Shown: positions 23,632 through 35,111 of the stretch, in pieces | Position numbering within the stretch: the first letter of the stretch is position 1 | How the letters are laid out: every line of letters begins with the position of its first letter | Assembly: GCA_965200245.1 (NCBI GenBank) | Contig: CBDATS010000004.1 | Span: 32,001 to 96,000 of the forward strand | Source of the DNA: a bacterium | Lineage (GTDB): Bacteria; UBA8248 | Reading direction: 5' to 3' | DNA: 64,000 nt | The notes under the pieces: model-generated | What the model was told of the DNA's origin: nothing | Database searches by the model: none | What the model saw: the letters and a program-made list of their open reading frames with translations, nothing else | Translations under genes and position numbers: made by a program

Positions 23632-26283
23632 CTAGAAACTGAGCGAGATGTCGCGGTGGTGCGACATGCAGGCCGCCACGGGTTTCGCGATCTCGCCCGG
23701 CAGATGCTTCAACTGGCGGATGCCGATAGTTCCACGTATCGCGGCTTCATAAGCGGCCAGACCGGAGTCCAACTCACGGGCGGCGCGGGAGCGCCACACT
23801 ACCTCACGCTCGAACAGGGCTACCGCATCATTCAGACGCTTCTCGGCACGTTTGAGACCGGACTTGCCTCGCCTGGAATCGGAGCGCGCCCGCGAGAGTG
23901 CAGAGCGCAAATCGTAGGTTCCGGGAACGGTCCTAAGCGCGCGCTCGGCGTTTCGGATGGCGGAACCCGCCTCTCGCGCCGTCTGCGTTTGCAGGATTTT
24001 CGGCAATTCCTTGATCTTGGCACCCGCTTCCTTGAGAACTGACACCTTCGCCAGCATCTCGCGCACCTTGTGCACGGAGGTGTATGCGTCGTCGACATTG
24101 CGCCGATAGTTGCGGCGGGCGAGAGTCTCCTTCCGCTCCAAGGTCAGGTAACGACGGCTCATCTTCTTCCCACCTTCGGGACGCCTTGCCCCCACGCGTG
24201 CCCTTTGTTTCTTCAATTCTTCGATTTCATGGCGCAATGGCACCGCCGCGTCTGAATCTCGTCCCATACGCCTGATGGTGGTGCGGATCTCGCGTATTTC
24301 GCGGTCAATACGTCTTTCATCCGCGTTTACGCGCCGAATCACGGTATGTACGGGCTTATAGGTCTCCCCGAACTTCCTTCGCTCCACACTGGCTCGGCGC
24401 ACTTCGGAAACCAGATCGAAGGTCCGGGCAGCCTTCTCCATGCCACCAACCAGTTGCCTGCGGACTTTATCGGGCAAATAGCTGGTATCGAGTTTTTGCG
24501 CGGTTTGAATGCTCGCGCGGAGTTTCTCGCCGTCCCGGTCATAGCGCTCGAAGAGATATTGCTCCAGGCAGTTCTGAAGGCGCGGGTTTCTCGGAGGTGG
24601 CGCGGTCTCTCCGGTGAGTGATGTGCGCGTCGGCAGGTAGTTCACCAGTGGGGGATAAAAGCCAACGATGCCCAGGGCCAAGAGTTGCAGCACGATGAAC
24701 GGTACCACACCCTTGTAGATGTCCGTCGTCAGCACGTTAGGCGGCGCGACGCCACGCAGATAGAACAGCGCGAAACCAAATGGCGGCGTCAGGAAGGAGG
24801 TCTGCATGTTGACGCCGATCATCACGCCCAGCCAGACCGCGGTTACGTTTGCCGCAGGGTCCGAGAGCAGGATGGGGGCCACGATAGGCACCACCACCAC
24901 TGCAATCTCAATGAAGTCGAGAAAAAACCCGAGGATGAAGATCACCGCCATAACGACGATGAACTGGCTCCAGAAACCGCCGGGCAGCGTGGTGAGAAAT
25001 TCCTTCACCAATTCCTCGCCGCCGAAGCCCCGGAATGCCGAGGTGAGCATGGCCGCGCCCAAGAGGATGATGAAGACCATCGCCGTGGTCTTGGCAGTCT
25101 CGACCATGACGCCCGCGAGCATCTGTTCGGTGCGGTAGACCCGCCAACCACTCCAGGCAACGGAGATCAGCAGACCGATGACCGCGATAGCGGCGAACGT
25201 CACGCCGATGGCATCGTAGGCACCGTGAATGGTGCGTATGTTGAGGTCGAAGGTGGCCAGCAGGAAAAACAGCGCGAGCAGGGAAAGACCCGCGATAATG
25301 GCCGGCGTATAGCACCCGCGACGGCCTTCGGCCAGACGGTATCCCGCCATGATCGTGGCTCCGACTGCGCCGATGGCACCAGCCTGGTTTACGGTAGCGA
25401 TACCCGCGATGATAGATCCGAGCACGGCCAAGATGAGCGCCAGGGGCGGAATCAGGGCCAGCAACACACGGAAGGCGAACTGGCGATCGAAGTTACCTTC
25501 CATGGGAATAGCCGGTGCACTGGCGGGTCGCATGAGCGCGACAGTGAGTATGTAGATGACGTAAAGGCCCACCAGCACCAAACCGGGCACGATGGCCCCT
25601 AGAAACATGTCGCCTGCGCTGGCCGAGGTGATGCTGAATTCTGTGGGCATGATGAACTGGCCAGTGGACGACTTGAAGTCCACCAGACGCAACGTACCCG
25701 CCTGATCGGTCGCATTCGAAAGTTGGTCCGCCAGGATGATGAGCACCACGGATGGCGGGATAATCTGCCCCAGTGTACCCGCCGCGCAAATGGTCCCTGT
25801 AGCGAGTTGGCGCGAATAGCCGTTGCGCAACATGGCCGGCAGTGAGATGAGGCCCATGGCCACCACGGTGGCGCCGAGAATACCGGTTGTGGCGGCGAGC
25901 AATGCCCCCACCAGCACCACCGAGATACCGAGACCGCCCGGAACTGGCCCGAACAGGCGCGCCATGGTCACCAGAAGGTCTTCGGCAATCTTCGAGCGCT
26001 GCAACATGATACCCATGAACACGAATAAGGGCACGGCGATGATGGTGTCTCGCTCGACTTCCCAGTAAACGCCCCGGAAATTGGTGACACCTGCGGTGAG
26101 CCACTGAACGGGGCCGTCCTGTGCGAAAAAGGCGCTAGCGTCCCCGGCGAAAATGTAGCCGGTAATCGACGCGAGTCCGATGGTCAGGATGGCCGAGCCG
26201 GGCAGCGCGAAGGCCACCGGGTAACCCGATGCCAGCGCTCCGGCCATGGCCAAGATCAGCAGTGCGAGAAAGAAAAGTTCCAC
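23632..26283 (-). CDS. dctM: TRAP large permease with long C-terminal soluble extension
   Basis: AVPLFVFMG, GTLGQIIPPS, SFLTPPFGFALFYLRG, then about 330 aa of charged helical tail. Confidence 0.9.
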   Translation of the reverse strand: MELFFLALLILAMAGALASGYPVAFALPGSAILTIGLASITGYIFAGDASAFFAQDGPVQWLTAGVTNFRGVYWEVERDTIIAVPLFVFMGIMLQRSKIAEDLLVTMARLFGPVPGGLGISVVLVGALLAATTGILGATVVAMGLISLPAMLRNGYSRQLATGTICAAGTLGQIIPPSVVLIILADQLSNATDQAGTLRLVDFKSSTGQFIMPTEFSITSASAGDMFLGAIVPGLVLVGLYVIYILTVALMRPASAPAIPMEGNFDRQFAFRVLLALIPPLALILAVLGSIIAGIATVNQAGAIGAVGATIMAGYRLAEGRRGCYTPAIIAGLSLLALFFLLATFDLNIRTIHGAYDAIGVTFAAIAVIGLLISVAWSGWRVYRTEQMLAGVMVETAKTTAMVFIILLGAAMLTSAFRGFGGEELVKEFLTTLPGGFWSQFIVVMAVIFILGFFLDFIEIAVVVVPIVAPILLSDPAANVTAVWLGVMIGVNMQTSFLTPPFGFALFYLRGVAPPNVLTTDIYKGVVPFIVLQLLALGIVGFYPPLVNYLPTRTSLTGETAPPPRNPRLQNCLEQYLFERYDRDGEKLRASIQTAQKLDTSYLPDKVRRQLVGGMEKAARTFDLVSEVRRASVERRKFGETYKPVHTVIRRVNADERRIDREIREIRTTIRRMGRDSDAAVPLRHEIEELKKQRARVGARRPEGGKKMSRRYLTLERKETLARRNYRRNVDDAYTSVHKVREMLAKVSVLKEAGAKIKELPKILQTQTAREAGSAIRNAERALRTVPGTYDLRSALSRARSDSRRGKSGLKRAEKRLNDAVALFEREVVWRSRAARELDSGLAAYEAAIRGTIGIRQLKHLPGEIAKPVAACMSHHRDISLSF

Positions 26284-26285
26284 GG

Positions 26286-27304
26286 TTAGGACGGCTCTGG
26301 TGTCGAGTGGCTTGGCAACTGTCCGCGAAGAATCGCCATGGAGTCAAGGTAGCACGCCAGAAACTGCGTCATCATGGACACGGCGTAGACAGCGAGAAAT
26401 CCCGCCATCAGGTACTTGACGTAGAGACCGAACCCGCTCTGGGACGTTTCGAAATAAAGCAGCGGGCTGTTGATGACAGACGCCTTGCCCGCCATGCCGA
26501 CGGCCAGGATCGTCCAGCACAGCGGTACACCCAGCAATATGGAGCCCCACGCGTTGACCAGGGCCTTACGCCGCTCGCTGAAATGCGTGTACAGCACGTC
26601 CACACGCACGTGGCCCTCGGCGACCAGGGTATGGGCACTGGCGAACAGGAACAGCGCGGCATACCAAAAACGCACCAGATCGCCCATGAAAGCCTGTTCA
26701 TAGGAGAAGATGAAGCGCGCGATGACGATCTGGAACTCTGCGACGACTACGAGCACCGAAAGCCAGATGAAGTCGAGCCCCCGCTTGAAGCATGCCACCA
26801 CAACCGCCGCGAGCAGTAACGGCAAATGTATGTAGACACCGCGAAAACTCGAGACGCCCAGTTTCTGGGCCAGCGTCTTGCCGAACACTGCGGGCAACAG
26901 CCCTTCCACGCGCAGGAACGATATGATCCCGTCGACGATGCCGATGAAGAACGTCGCCCAAAAGGCCGCAGTAATAATATAGGCGGTGATGGAACCCAAA
27001 AGCGCCGCGTCCGAAGCGAACGGCCTCTCCCGGTTCCTGAGTGCAATGACGGTGATGGCGACGACCGGCAGGGCGTAGCAGATGAGTTGCAGCCACGCCA
27101 AGAACATCGCTCCCCCGCCACGCGACGACTGAGAAAAAATGCTCGCGACGCCCGGCCAGCCAAGCCAGAAAACCAGATAGTTGTTAAAGAGGAAAGCGAA
27201 CATGGTAGCGGCCAGCGACAGCGCGAAAGCGCGAAAGCGCGGTAGAGCGCGTCCGCGATGCCGGGCCGACTTTCTCCCGCTTCTTCCAACAGAACTTCCG
27301 TCAC
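26286..27304 (-). pseudogene. dctQ: Extended TRAP small permease; 5' frameshift from an 8-bp tandem duplication
   Basis: EGHVRVDVLY motif. GCGCGAAA is duplicated at 27221-27236; removing one copy joins MTEVLLEE...RAFALSLAAT to MFAFLFNN. Confidence 0.75.
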
Positions 27305-27346
27305 CGTAGGAAACCGTAGCGGTCTGTCACACTATGCGCCGGACGT

Positions 27347-28461
27347 CTAACTTGAGACGCCGAGCACGCGGTTGCGCTGCGCCACGAAAGCCTGGTCGGA
27401 AAGGTTCGTCCAGTTACCGACCTCACGGCGCGTCTTGTCGAAGCTCTCATGGATGCGTTTGGCAAGTTTGCTGTGGTTCACCACACTCGCGAAGACTTCC
27501 TCGGCCGCTTTCCCAAACGCATCATAGATGTCGTCGTTGAACTTGCGTACCTGGACGCCCTGATCTCGCGTGAGCCGCGCCAGCGCCGCACCGTTCTTGG
27601 CATTGTACTCAGCCATCATCACGTCGTTCTCCATCGAGGCCGCGGCCTCGATAAGCGTTTGATCGGCCTTCGAGAGCGAATCCCAGAATTTCTTGTTGAA
27701 ACCCGCAGACAACATCGCTCCGGGCTCACGCATGCCCGGGTAGTAGTAGTACTTGGCCGCCTCGTAGAACTTCATGAATTCATCGTTCCACGGCCCCACC
27801 CATTCAGTGGCGTCGATGGCGCCCGAAACGAGGTTCTCGTAGATCTGCCCACCCGGCAAGGAAACCGGTGAGGCACCGAGCTTTGCCATGACGTCGCCGC
27901 CAAGGCCCGGGATACGCATCTTGAGGCCCTTGAGGTCGTCAGCGCTGTTGATCTCCTTGCGGAACCAGCCGCCCATCTGCACACCCGTGTTGCCACACAT
28001 GAGGCCCTTGATCCCGAAACCTGCGGCTAGCTCGTCCCAGAGTTCCTGTCCCCCACCGAAGCGGATCCAAGCGTTCAACTCGGTGTAAGTGAGGCCGAAA
28101 GGCACGGCAGTGAAGTAGGCCCAGCCCGGATGCTTGCCTTTCCAGTAGTAGTCGGCCGCATGGTAGGCCTGCGCGTTGCCGGAAGCTACCTCGTCGAATG
28201 AGTCGAAGGCACCGACGCGCTCACCAGCGGCGAAGTAGGTCACCTTGATGCGACCGTCGCTCATGTCCAAAAGACGCTTGGCGAAGCGTTGCGCTCCGGT
28301 GCCGAGACCAGGAAATCGCGTGGCCAGGTGGTGACGATGGCGATCTCGATCCGCTTCTTCATCATGGCGGGCGCCTTCTGGGCCTGTGCCAGCCCGGTGC
28401 CCGTCACGACCGCGACGGCAGTGCCGGCTGCGGCGCCGGTCATAAAGTCACGACGTTTCAT
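27347..28461 (-). pseudogene. dctP: TRAP substrate-binding protein (TakP-like, Tat signal), 1-nt frameshift near 28310
   Basis: MKRRDFM...VTTWPRDF / GLGTGAQRFAKRL...ADYYWKGK, GNTGVQMGGWF, KMRIPGLGG, DATEWVGPWND. Confidence 0.85.
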
Positions 28462-28699
28462 CTCATTCTCCTTATGTTGATAATGAAAGTTGTATGCTCT
28501 TCGTTACATGCACATTCGGCGAAATGGCCGAAACACAACATCCACCTACATTATAATCAAACCTATTCATAAATTTTCGCTGCGCTGGAAATATTACGAC
28601 AAGCGCTATAACGGCGCAACCGCCAATTTGGCGATTCCCGGTCAGGGCGAGATGTATCTGCTTCCCGTAGGCCAAAAAAAATCTGAGCGAACGCGAAAC

Positions 28700-28890
28700 G
28701 ACGTTACTGAGCGTCCTGAAAGCGCTGCAACTCGAAATTGCAAGGGAGCGCGGGGTGCCCGCCTTTATCGTGTTTCACGACCGCACATTGAACGATATGG
28801 CGCACCGATGCGGAGTTCGCAGGGATCAGCGGCGTGGGGACTGCCAAACGGAAGGTTTTTGCAGAACCGTTCTTGGCCGCAATTGACAAG
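28700..28890 (+). pseudogene. HRDC-domain remnant (RecQ-like)
   Basis: LLSVLKALQLEIARERGVPAFIVFHDRTLNDMA / EFAGISGVGTAKRKVFAEPFLAAI. Confidence 0.7.
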
Positions 28891-29169
28891 GCCCTCTTTG
28901 ATACGGACAGGAACACCGGAGTTCTCGAAGCCGGCATTATCAAGAATGGAAGTGGTTTCTCCGCTCTGGTCACAGAATCAGAAACGCCGCCCCAAGCAGA
29001 ATGAGTGATACTAGACGTGTTGGGTAACCGTGAGACTCAATTGATGGATTTCAAGCGCATCAACAATATCAACGAACCACAATGTCCGTTTGCATCGCCC
29101 CCACAATCTGATTGAAGAGAACCTAGAAACCCGGAAACCGGTTTCTCAACTTCATGGTGACCGAATGGC

Positions 29170-29290
29170 CTAGTGCCTCAAGGCGTTAACATCAGCCCCA
29201 GCGGGTTGCACAGGGCGCCTAACGCAAACGAAGGCCCAGCCGTGGTCCGCATGCTTCTCGGATACCGCGCCAACCTCAACGAGGAATTTA
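29170..29290 (+). pseudogene. Ankyrin-repeat remnant
   Basis: SGLHRAPNANEGPAVVRMLLGYRANLN resembles one ankyrin repeat. Confidence 0.45.
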
Positions 29291-29399
29291 CAGTGAAGAG
29301 AGGGAATCATCAGAGTTTCTTGCAAGTGGCTGCACACCGCCTCGCGGAACGTAAGCACTTAGACCATCATTGCCTGCTCTGAGCACTCAAATACCGTAT

Positions 29400-29932
29400 C
29401 ACCGATACCATGCGGGCCAAAGACGTGAAAGACACAATCGAACGGGACCCCGAAGCGTCAGGGTGTGGCAGCGCAGAAGTTATTCACAAACCCTAGCTGT
29501 TAAACGATAACAACTCGTTCGGCATTACCAGCGATTTCGCAAGCTAGCTTGAGGATCGGGGGATGGACCATCTCTGCAGCGCATCGAACCACCCCCCAGA
29601 CCCAGGCAAGATCGAGCGTTGGCACCAGATCCTGAAGAACCGGATCCTGCCCGAAAACTACTATCTGCCGGGTGACCTCGAAGCCGCCGTCGGCACCTTC
29701 TTCGGGCACTACAACCACCGCGACCACGAAAGCCCCAGAAACCTCACCCCCGCCGACATCTACTCCGGTCATGGTCACACCATCATTTACAGAAGGAGAA
29801 AGATCAAGAAACCTGACAATCCAAAAGGACCACCTGACCCACCAAAAGCAAGCGGCCTGACAGCAGCCAGGATGACCCAGAGCCTCCGTCAAATAACTCT
29901 CGCCATTGTCTCATTCATCCTGAAAACGGACA
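29400..29932 (+). mobile_element. IS3/IS481-type integrase-core transposase remnant
   Basis: TMRAKDVKDT...KP*LLNDN...GKIERWHQILKNRILPENYYLPGDLE...HYNHR.HES..NLTPADIY; end-like TGTCTC...CGGACA near 29930. Confidence 0.8.
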
Positions 29933-29967
29933 CGCGCCCGGTTTCCGGAGCATAAACGCAGAACCGA

Positions 29968-30225
29968 TCAGTTCCCCAACCTTTGTTCGGCCGACACTTC
30001 GTCGTCCTGCCTCTTCGCCTGCCTTTCGTACTCGTCCGCAACACCATTCAGAATATTTGCGACAAAGGGAAAACTCGGGGATCGTTGCCCCTCCCAGTTC
30101 CTGTATTGCTCCGCAAGTTCTCGTTCCTGATCTCCGCCTTCCCCAGCCGCGCGCGTCACGACACCCCGACCGTTACGGGTACCGATAGTAAAGGCATGGA
30201 CTCGGCACCTCTCCCACATATTCAC
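29968..30225 (-). pseudogene. Orphan C-terminal fragment of a large island protein
   Basis: RGVVTRAAGEGGDQERELAEQYRNW...FPFVANILNGVADEYERQA resembles C-termini I recall from large HTH/NTPase island proteins; unverified. Confidence 0.45.
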
Positions 30226-30236
30226 CGCATACTCCC

Positions 30237-31298
30237 TTACTCATCCTGTATGCACCATTTCTTATAATTCGTGCAGCCCTTTTCGATTAATTCAACAAAG
30301 TTGCTTGCATCTGAAAAATAGTTCTTGAACGCTTCACGGATGTCCTCTCCCGTTTCACCTTTCACTAAGACGATATCGATGTCTTGCTTAGAGCTTTCAT
30401 TTTCAAGCTGAAACAATTTTTTCAAGGCATCCGTTGCATGCCGAAAAGTTAGAATGTTAGGTGGGAGTTCCCCATCTTCTCCAAAAATCAGAATGAAATT
30501 TTTGTAGTTGGAATCCGATTGATCTTTAGCATCCAGCGATACCAACGTTTTCATAAATTCTAGTTCGTCATCGAGTTCTGAAAACCGATGCACTACCTCT
30601 TTATTACTTAGGTCAGGTAAGCTTGCTCTCATCCCTTCCTCAGAACGAGAAATGATTTCACTTGCAAAGCGAAGGATATCCAGGTACCGCTTATCTCCCC
30701 GATTAAACTTTGGCTGGCTCTTGGTTAGGAATCCGACTAGTTCTACACATGTCGCCCACGCGTGTTGTGGAAACGTTCGATACTACAACTCAATCAACAA
30801 TCCTTTGTGAGCTTGACCAGACACGGAGTTTACATTGTATTCATAAACATCGTGAACTCCGCGATATCCGCTTGATTTTGGCTTTTTTATATAATCATAT
30901 TTGTCAGTTTCATTTTTTAATATGTGATTAAATTTTGCCTCGTGGATATTTCCCCGGAACTCGTACAATTGTTCGATAGTGTGAAATATCAAGCGACATC
31001 CAGCCACATCATCCATGCGACCTAATTGCATTTTGGGAAATCGTTTAAGCTTATCTATGATCGTGTGATTTCGTTTGTGCCTTTGTGCCACAATGATCTT
31101 AGTTCCAGAGCTAAATTTTCGTGTGCGATTTCGAAGAAGGGCTTGGAACGTATTGATTACACGGCGGTGAGAAGCTCTCCATCTCTCTATCACTTCAAAA
31201 TCTTCAATTGTCGCAAGGCCATTCCGAACCCGGTCCCCAGCTCTATTAACACGTTGTCTCGAACCACCAGGGAACTTCCCTGCCTGCCTATTTTTCAC
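30237..31298 (-). pseudogene. RelA/SpoT-domain (small alarmone synthetase-like) protein with one in-frame amber stop at 30783-30785
   Basis: AQRHKR, MDDVAGCRLI, DYIKKPKSSGYRGVH, LIEL*YRTFPQHAWATCVE; both ORF-track pieces are in the same frame. Confidence 0.88.
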
Positions 31299-32094
31299 TT
31301 TAGTTCCCCTAAGAAGCCTTAATTATCTTCGGAGTTACTGTCCCTGCAATGAACCAACCGCAAAATATTGCACCAAAACCCAACCCATAGGAAAACACAA
31401 GGGGTTGTATCCCAAACCTAAAAAAGAGGGATGCCCAATAAAAAGATTTCATGGACAAGAACCCTTTCTTAAGGGCAGGTCGCTGACATCCGAATTATGT
31501 AACCCCCCAACTTCTTGCATTCCCTTATAGGTTGGGCACCTCATACAAGATATTTCGTCCATTTTGTCAATGAGGATGCTCACTATTTATTACAGTGTTG
31601 AGAAAGCAAGCTATAAGATAACACCACCTTGGGCTCATTGAGACCTTCGTTGAGACGCCCCTACACACTGGCGCCGTGTACAGGGCACTAGGATGGATCT
31701 AGGTCCATGCCACACGGGAACGCGGACGCTACGACAAGCCCGAAAAAGACCTCCGGCTGTGACCACCTCCGCAGAAACTGCAGACAAGGCCTCAACCGTT
31801 AAAACACGCGCTGTCATCCCACAACCCAATGGTTATACCGACCTAGACGCGACATGTTGCGCGACAGTTGTAATCCATCCGCTTTCAGTTTGATTACATT
31901 TTGAGAATGACAGATTACAGGCGTGGTCGAATATCACCTGACTCAATCAATTACAAAATCTTTTATCGAATTTCATAACCACGAAAAACTGCAATGCCTC
32001 TAATGACGATCAAAATGAAAAAGCGACGTTTGGCGATCTGACAGGCGATGGGCTGAACGTCCAGATCCTGGATGCTGTTCAGGATAAGATATAA

Positions 32095-32181
32095 TGGTGC
32101 CCGGGGCCGGACTCGAACCGGCACGGCCTCCCGGCCAAGGGATTTTAAGTCCCTGGTGTCTACCTATTCCACCACCCGGGC
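32095..32181 (-). tRNA. tRNA-Leu(TAA)
   Basis: GCCCGGGTGGTGGAATAGGTAGACACCAGGGAC-TTAAAA-TCCCT, long variable arm, GGTTCGAGTCC, ends ACCA. Confidence 0.97.
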
Positions 32182-32299
32182 AGGTGCGGGGAAGAATATC
32201 CCACTAAACGGCGTTCGCGCCACATTCACATTTCCAGTGAGTGGCGAAACCAAGATTGAGAACGGGAGCAAGGACAAGCGTGTCTTATCCAGGGAAACG

Positions 32300-32346
32300 A
32301 AAGGGCCGCGGGCGCGAGAGAAAACCCCGCGCGACACGGCCCTTTA
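32300..32346 (-). terminator. Hairpin downstream of the LVIVD gene
   Basis: AAAGGGCCG...CGCG-loop-CGCG...CGGCCCTTT inverted repeat. Confidence 0.55.
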
Positions 32347-32365
32347 CGGAAAAACCGGTTCAATC

Positions 32366-33640
32366 CTAGCCTGTGAACTCCATGATGTGGAGGCCCAGCC
32401 CCCAGCGGTCAGCCATGTAGATGAGGCCGGTATCCTTGTCCACCTGCACGTCGTTGCTTTGCGGGCAGCAGCGCTCCTTCGTGCCTGCGGGGATGTAGTA
32501 GCCCACCTCCCTGGGTCGGAAGGGGTTCGACCAGTCCACCACGCGAAGGCCTGCGTTGAACCAGCATATGTACATCAGGTCGTCCTTCGTCATGTCGAGC
32601 CAGATGTTGTGCGCGCCGTGGCGCGAACCTGTCTTGCTCCATTTCTCATCGAGGGGACGCATCTCGATCGGATCGATCTCATAGGGCATGAACGTGCTCA
32701 CCGGCAGGGGTTCGTTGATGTTCCTCAGGTCGTAGAAAGTCACGAACGCAGGGGGATGATCACAGTTCACCGTTGTGGTCTCCTGCGTCACGATGCCGAA
32801 CTCGGAACCCTCCGGCACCAGGAAACTGTGGTAACAACCCGCCCAGCCGTGCGTCTCGTGCGGGTTGTGGCGCCACATGAGTTCGGGCTTGGTCGGATCG
32901 GTCAAATCGAAGAGCGCGATGCCTGCGTCCCAGTAGCCCGCCGTCACGTAGTTGCCCCAGGGATTGCCCTCATGAATCCACGCTCCGTTTCCCACGATCT
33001 CGGGATCCCAGGAAGGCTCCTCACCATCTTTCTGACCGGGGACGTGGCCCAAGCCGATGAACTCGGGCGCCCAGGGGTCCTTCATGTCGTGGACGAGGAG
33101 CACCTTCCCCTCATAGCCGTCCTTGAAACCCGAACTGTAGAGAAGTTGGCGCTTTCTGTCATAAATCGGCCGGTGAATGCCGAAACCGTCCACCTCCACG
33201 TAGTTCACGAACTTGGGGTTGAACGGGTCGCGGTTGTCGAAGATACGCAAGCCGCCGACGGCGTCGGGGTACTGCTCCCGCAGGGAGGGCCTGAGTTCCG
33301 AGTTCGTGAGCAACACCTCGTCGTTGATGCGCAGCACCTTGTGCGTGCGCGCCGCCGGGCTGTCGATGAGCTGGTTGATGATCTTCGGGTTGGCCGGGTC
33401 CTTGACGTCCAGAATCGTCATGCCGTCATGGCCGTTCACGCCAGAGGCTGCGACGTAGCAGATGCCGCCTCCGACCTGAATCTGGAAGGCGTCGCCCCAG
33501 CCGTTCAAGTCCGAATGGGCAACGAGGCGAACGTTGTGCGCCTCCTCTTTCCAGGGTTCTGTGAGCACGTGGTCCACACCGATATAGGCGTCGTTGCCGC
33601 CTCCGCGAATGGGGTTTGGATGATACCAGGGTCTGGGCAT
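32366..33640 (-). CDS. LVIVD-repeat beta-propeller protein
   Basis: Repeats MTILDVKDPANPK, LRIFDNRDPFNPK, IALFDLTDPTKP, LRVVDWSNPFRPREVG. Confidence 0.85.
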   Translation of the reverse strand: MPRPWYHPNPIRGGGNDAYIGVDHVLTEPWKEEAHNVRLVAHSDLNGWGDAFQIQVGGGICYVAASGVNGHDGMTILDVKDPANPKIINQLIDSPAARTHKVLRINDEVLLTNSELRPSLREQYPDAVGGLRIFDNRDPFNPKFVNYVEVDGFGIHRPIYDRKRQLLYSSGFKDGYEGKVLLVHDMKDPWAPEFIGLGHVPGQKDGEEPSWDPEIVGNGAWIHEGNPWGNYVTAGYWDAGIALFDLTDPTKPELMWRHNPHETHGWAGCYHSFLVPEGSEFGIVTQETTTVNCDHPPAFVTFYDLRNINEPLPVSTFMPYEIDPIEMRPLDEKWSKTGSRHGAHNIWLDMTKDDLMYICWFNAGLRVVDWSNPFRPREVGYYIPAGTKERCCPQSNDVQVDKDTGLIYMADRWGLGLHIMEFTG

Positions 33641-33738
33641 GTTTCCTCCATCTGGAATGAATGTTGTCGAGAATCGCCGCGCATTCTAGGGGAAAAAAGC
33701 GAGTCTGGAAAAGCGCCCAAAGGAGTTTTTTCCGAAAA

Positions 33739-34860
33739 TCATCCTTCGCGGAACAGACGGATGAAATCCTCGAACCGGGCGGGTGGAGACTTGGCGACTT
33801 CGAGGTTTTCGGCGACATGGGCCGTCTGCCGCATCCCCACCAGGGCGACGGCCACCCCGGGTGTGCTGCGTGTGAACTGGATCGCGCGCTGCCCGTCTGT
33901 CGAAAATCCCGGAAACACATCTCCAACCACGGGAGGGAGTCCCTAGGCGGCGCGTCCCTGGAGAATGGAACCGCTCGTCATGGTGGTGATCCCGCTTTTC
34001 GCTGCCGCGGCGAGAAAACACGTCCTCTCCGCACCCAGCGTCTGGTTGGGCTTGGAGAAAGCCTCGGGCATTCCCAGGTTGAGCGGTAACTGAACCACCC
34101 GGAAATGATGATTCTCACCGCCTGCCTGCCGCGCCACGCCCAGCACCTCTTCCAGCGAGAGATACTCCCCCTCTTCCGGTGATACGCGGTAGCCGTTCCA
34201 GGTGGCCGTGTCGTAATTCCTGATTTTCCCCTCCGCCACGGCTTCCTCGAGCGTTTCGAAGGCGTCTCTCAGACGGGCCAGGAAGACTTCGCGCGAGACT
34301 TCCTGTAGCTGTGTCTCCGGGTTGTGGACGTAGTAGATGTCGATGGTATCCAGCCCCAGGTTAACGAGGCTCGCTTCGAGTTCGTGCCTGATGTAGGCGG
34401 GCGTCATGCAGTGGCAGTTCGCGACGATATCCTGAGGAACGCAAACGCCCGGTTCGAAATAGGTTCTTCTTGTATAGTCCATGAAATCGGCCGGTCCGCT
34501 CGGGGGATGGGTATCGAAAGGGATGAACCCGCCTTTGGTGGATATCACCAGCGCCTCCCGGCCGACTTCGCCGCTCGCGAATAAATCATCAAGTGCCGCG
34601 CGGATGCTTCTCTCACTGCGCTGGTAACGGTAGTTCACCGCCGTGTCGATGACGTTGCACCCGCCGCGAACGGCGGCGGTTACCGAGTCCCGATAGGCCG
34701 TGTCGGTCGCCTCGTCCGCTTCTCCGAGGTAGGTGCCGATGCCGATCGAGGAGAGCCAAAGACCGTTCAACTGCCTGAAATGCTCGGGGTGACAGGCCGT
34801 GGAATGGGCCTTTGCGAAGTTTTGCGTACCCTCTGTCGTGGCGAAACCTGCGTGGGCCAT
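33739..34860 (-). pseudogene. Aldo/keto reductase with in-frame amber stop at 33943-33945
   Basis: SSIGIGTYLG, IDTAVNYRYQRSE, DIYYVHNPE; continues LQGRAA*GLPP...AIQFTRSTPG...ALVGM...HVAENL. Confidence 0.85.
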
Positions 34861-34972
34861 CAATTCATATCCTGAGCGGAGTGGGAAGATGGGACATCCT
34901 ACACACATTTGCACCCGAATGCGATTCGGCGGTCCGGAACGCCAGGGCGCGGGCACTCAAGATTTGCCCCTC

Positions 34973-35001
34973 TTGACGCGCCCAGACCGATCCATCATAG
35001 T
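34973..35001 (+). promoter_or_regulatory. Putative sigma70 promoter for the cox-like operon
   Basis: TTGACG-17 nt-CATAGT. Confidence 0.45.
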
Positions 35002-35111
35002 GCCATCACTCGATAATTTCATGGAGGAACGCGCTATTCTTCGGTGATGGAGATATTCCCCGTTGAGGGGATATGTTTCGTACTTTTTTCTTTCGTGGGG
35101 GCCCGAAGACC

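Noticed and set aside
32072-33946. 624-aa plus-strand ORF and similar long antisense ORFs (386-1375, 19845-21416, 41796-43097, 53655-54935, 56113-57423)
   Set aside because: Shadow frames opposite well-supported genes in GC-rich DNA, with no recognisable motifs.
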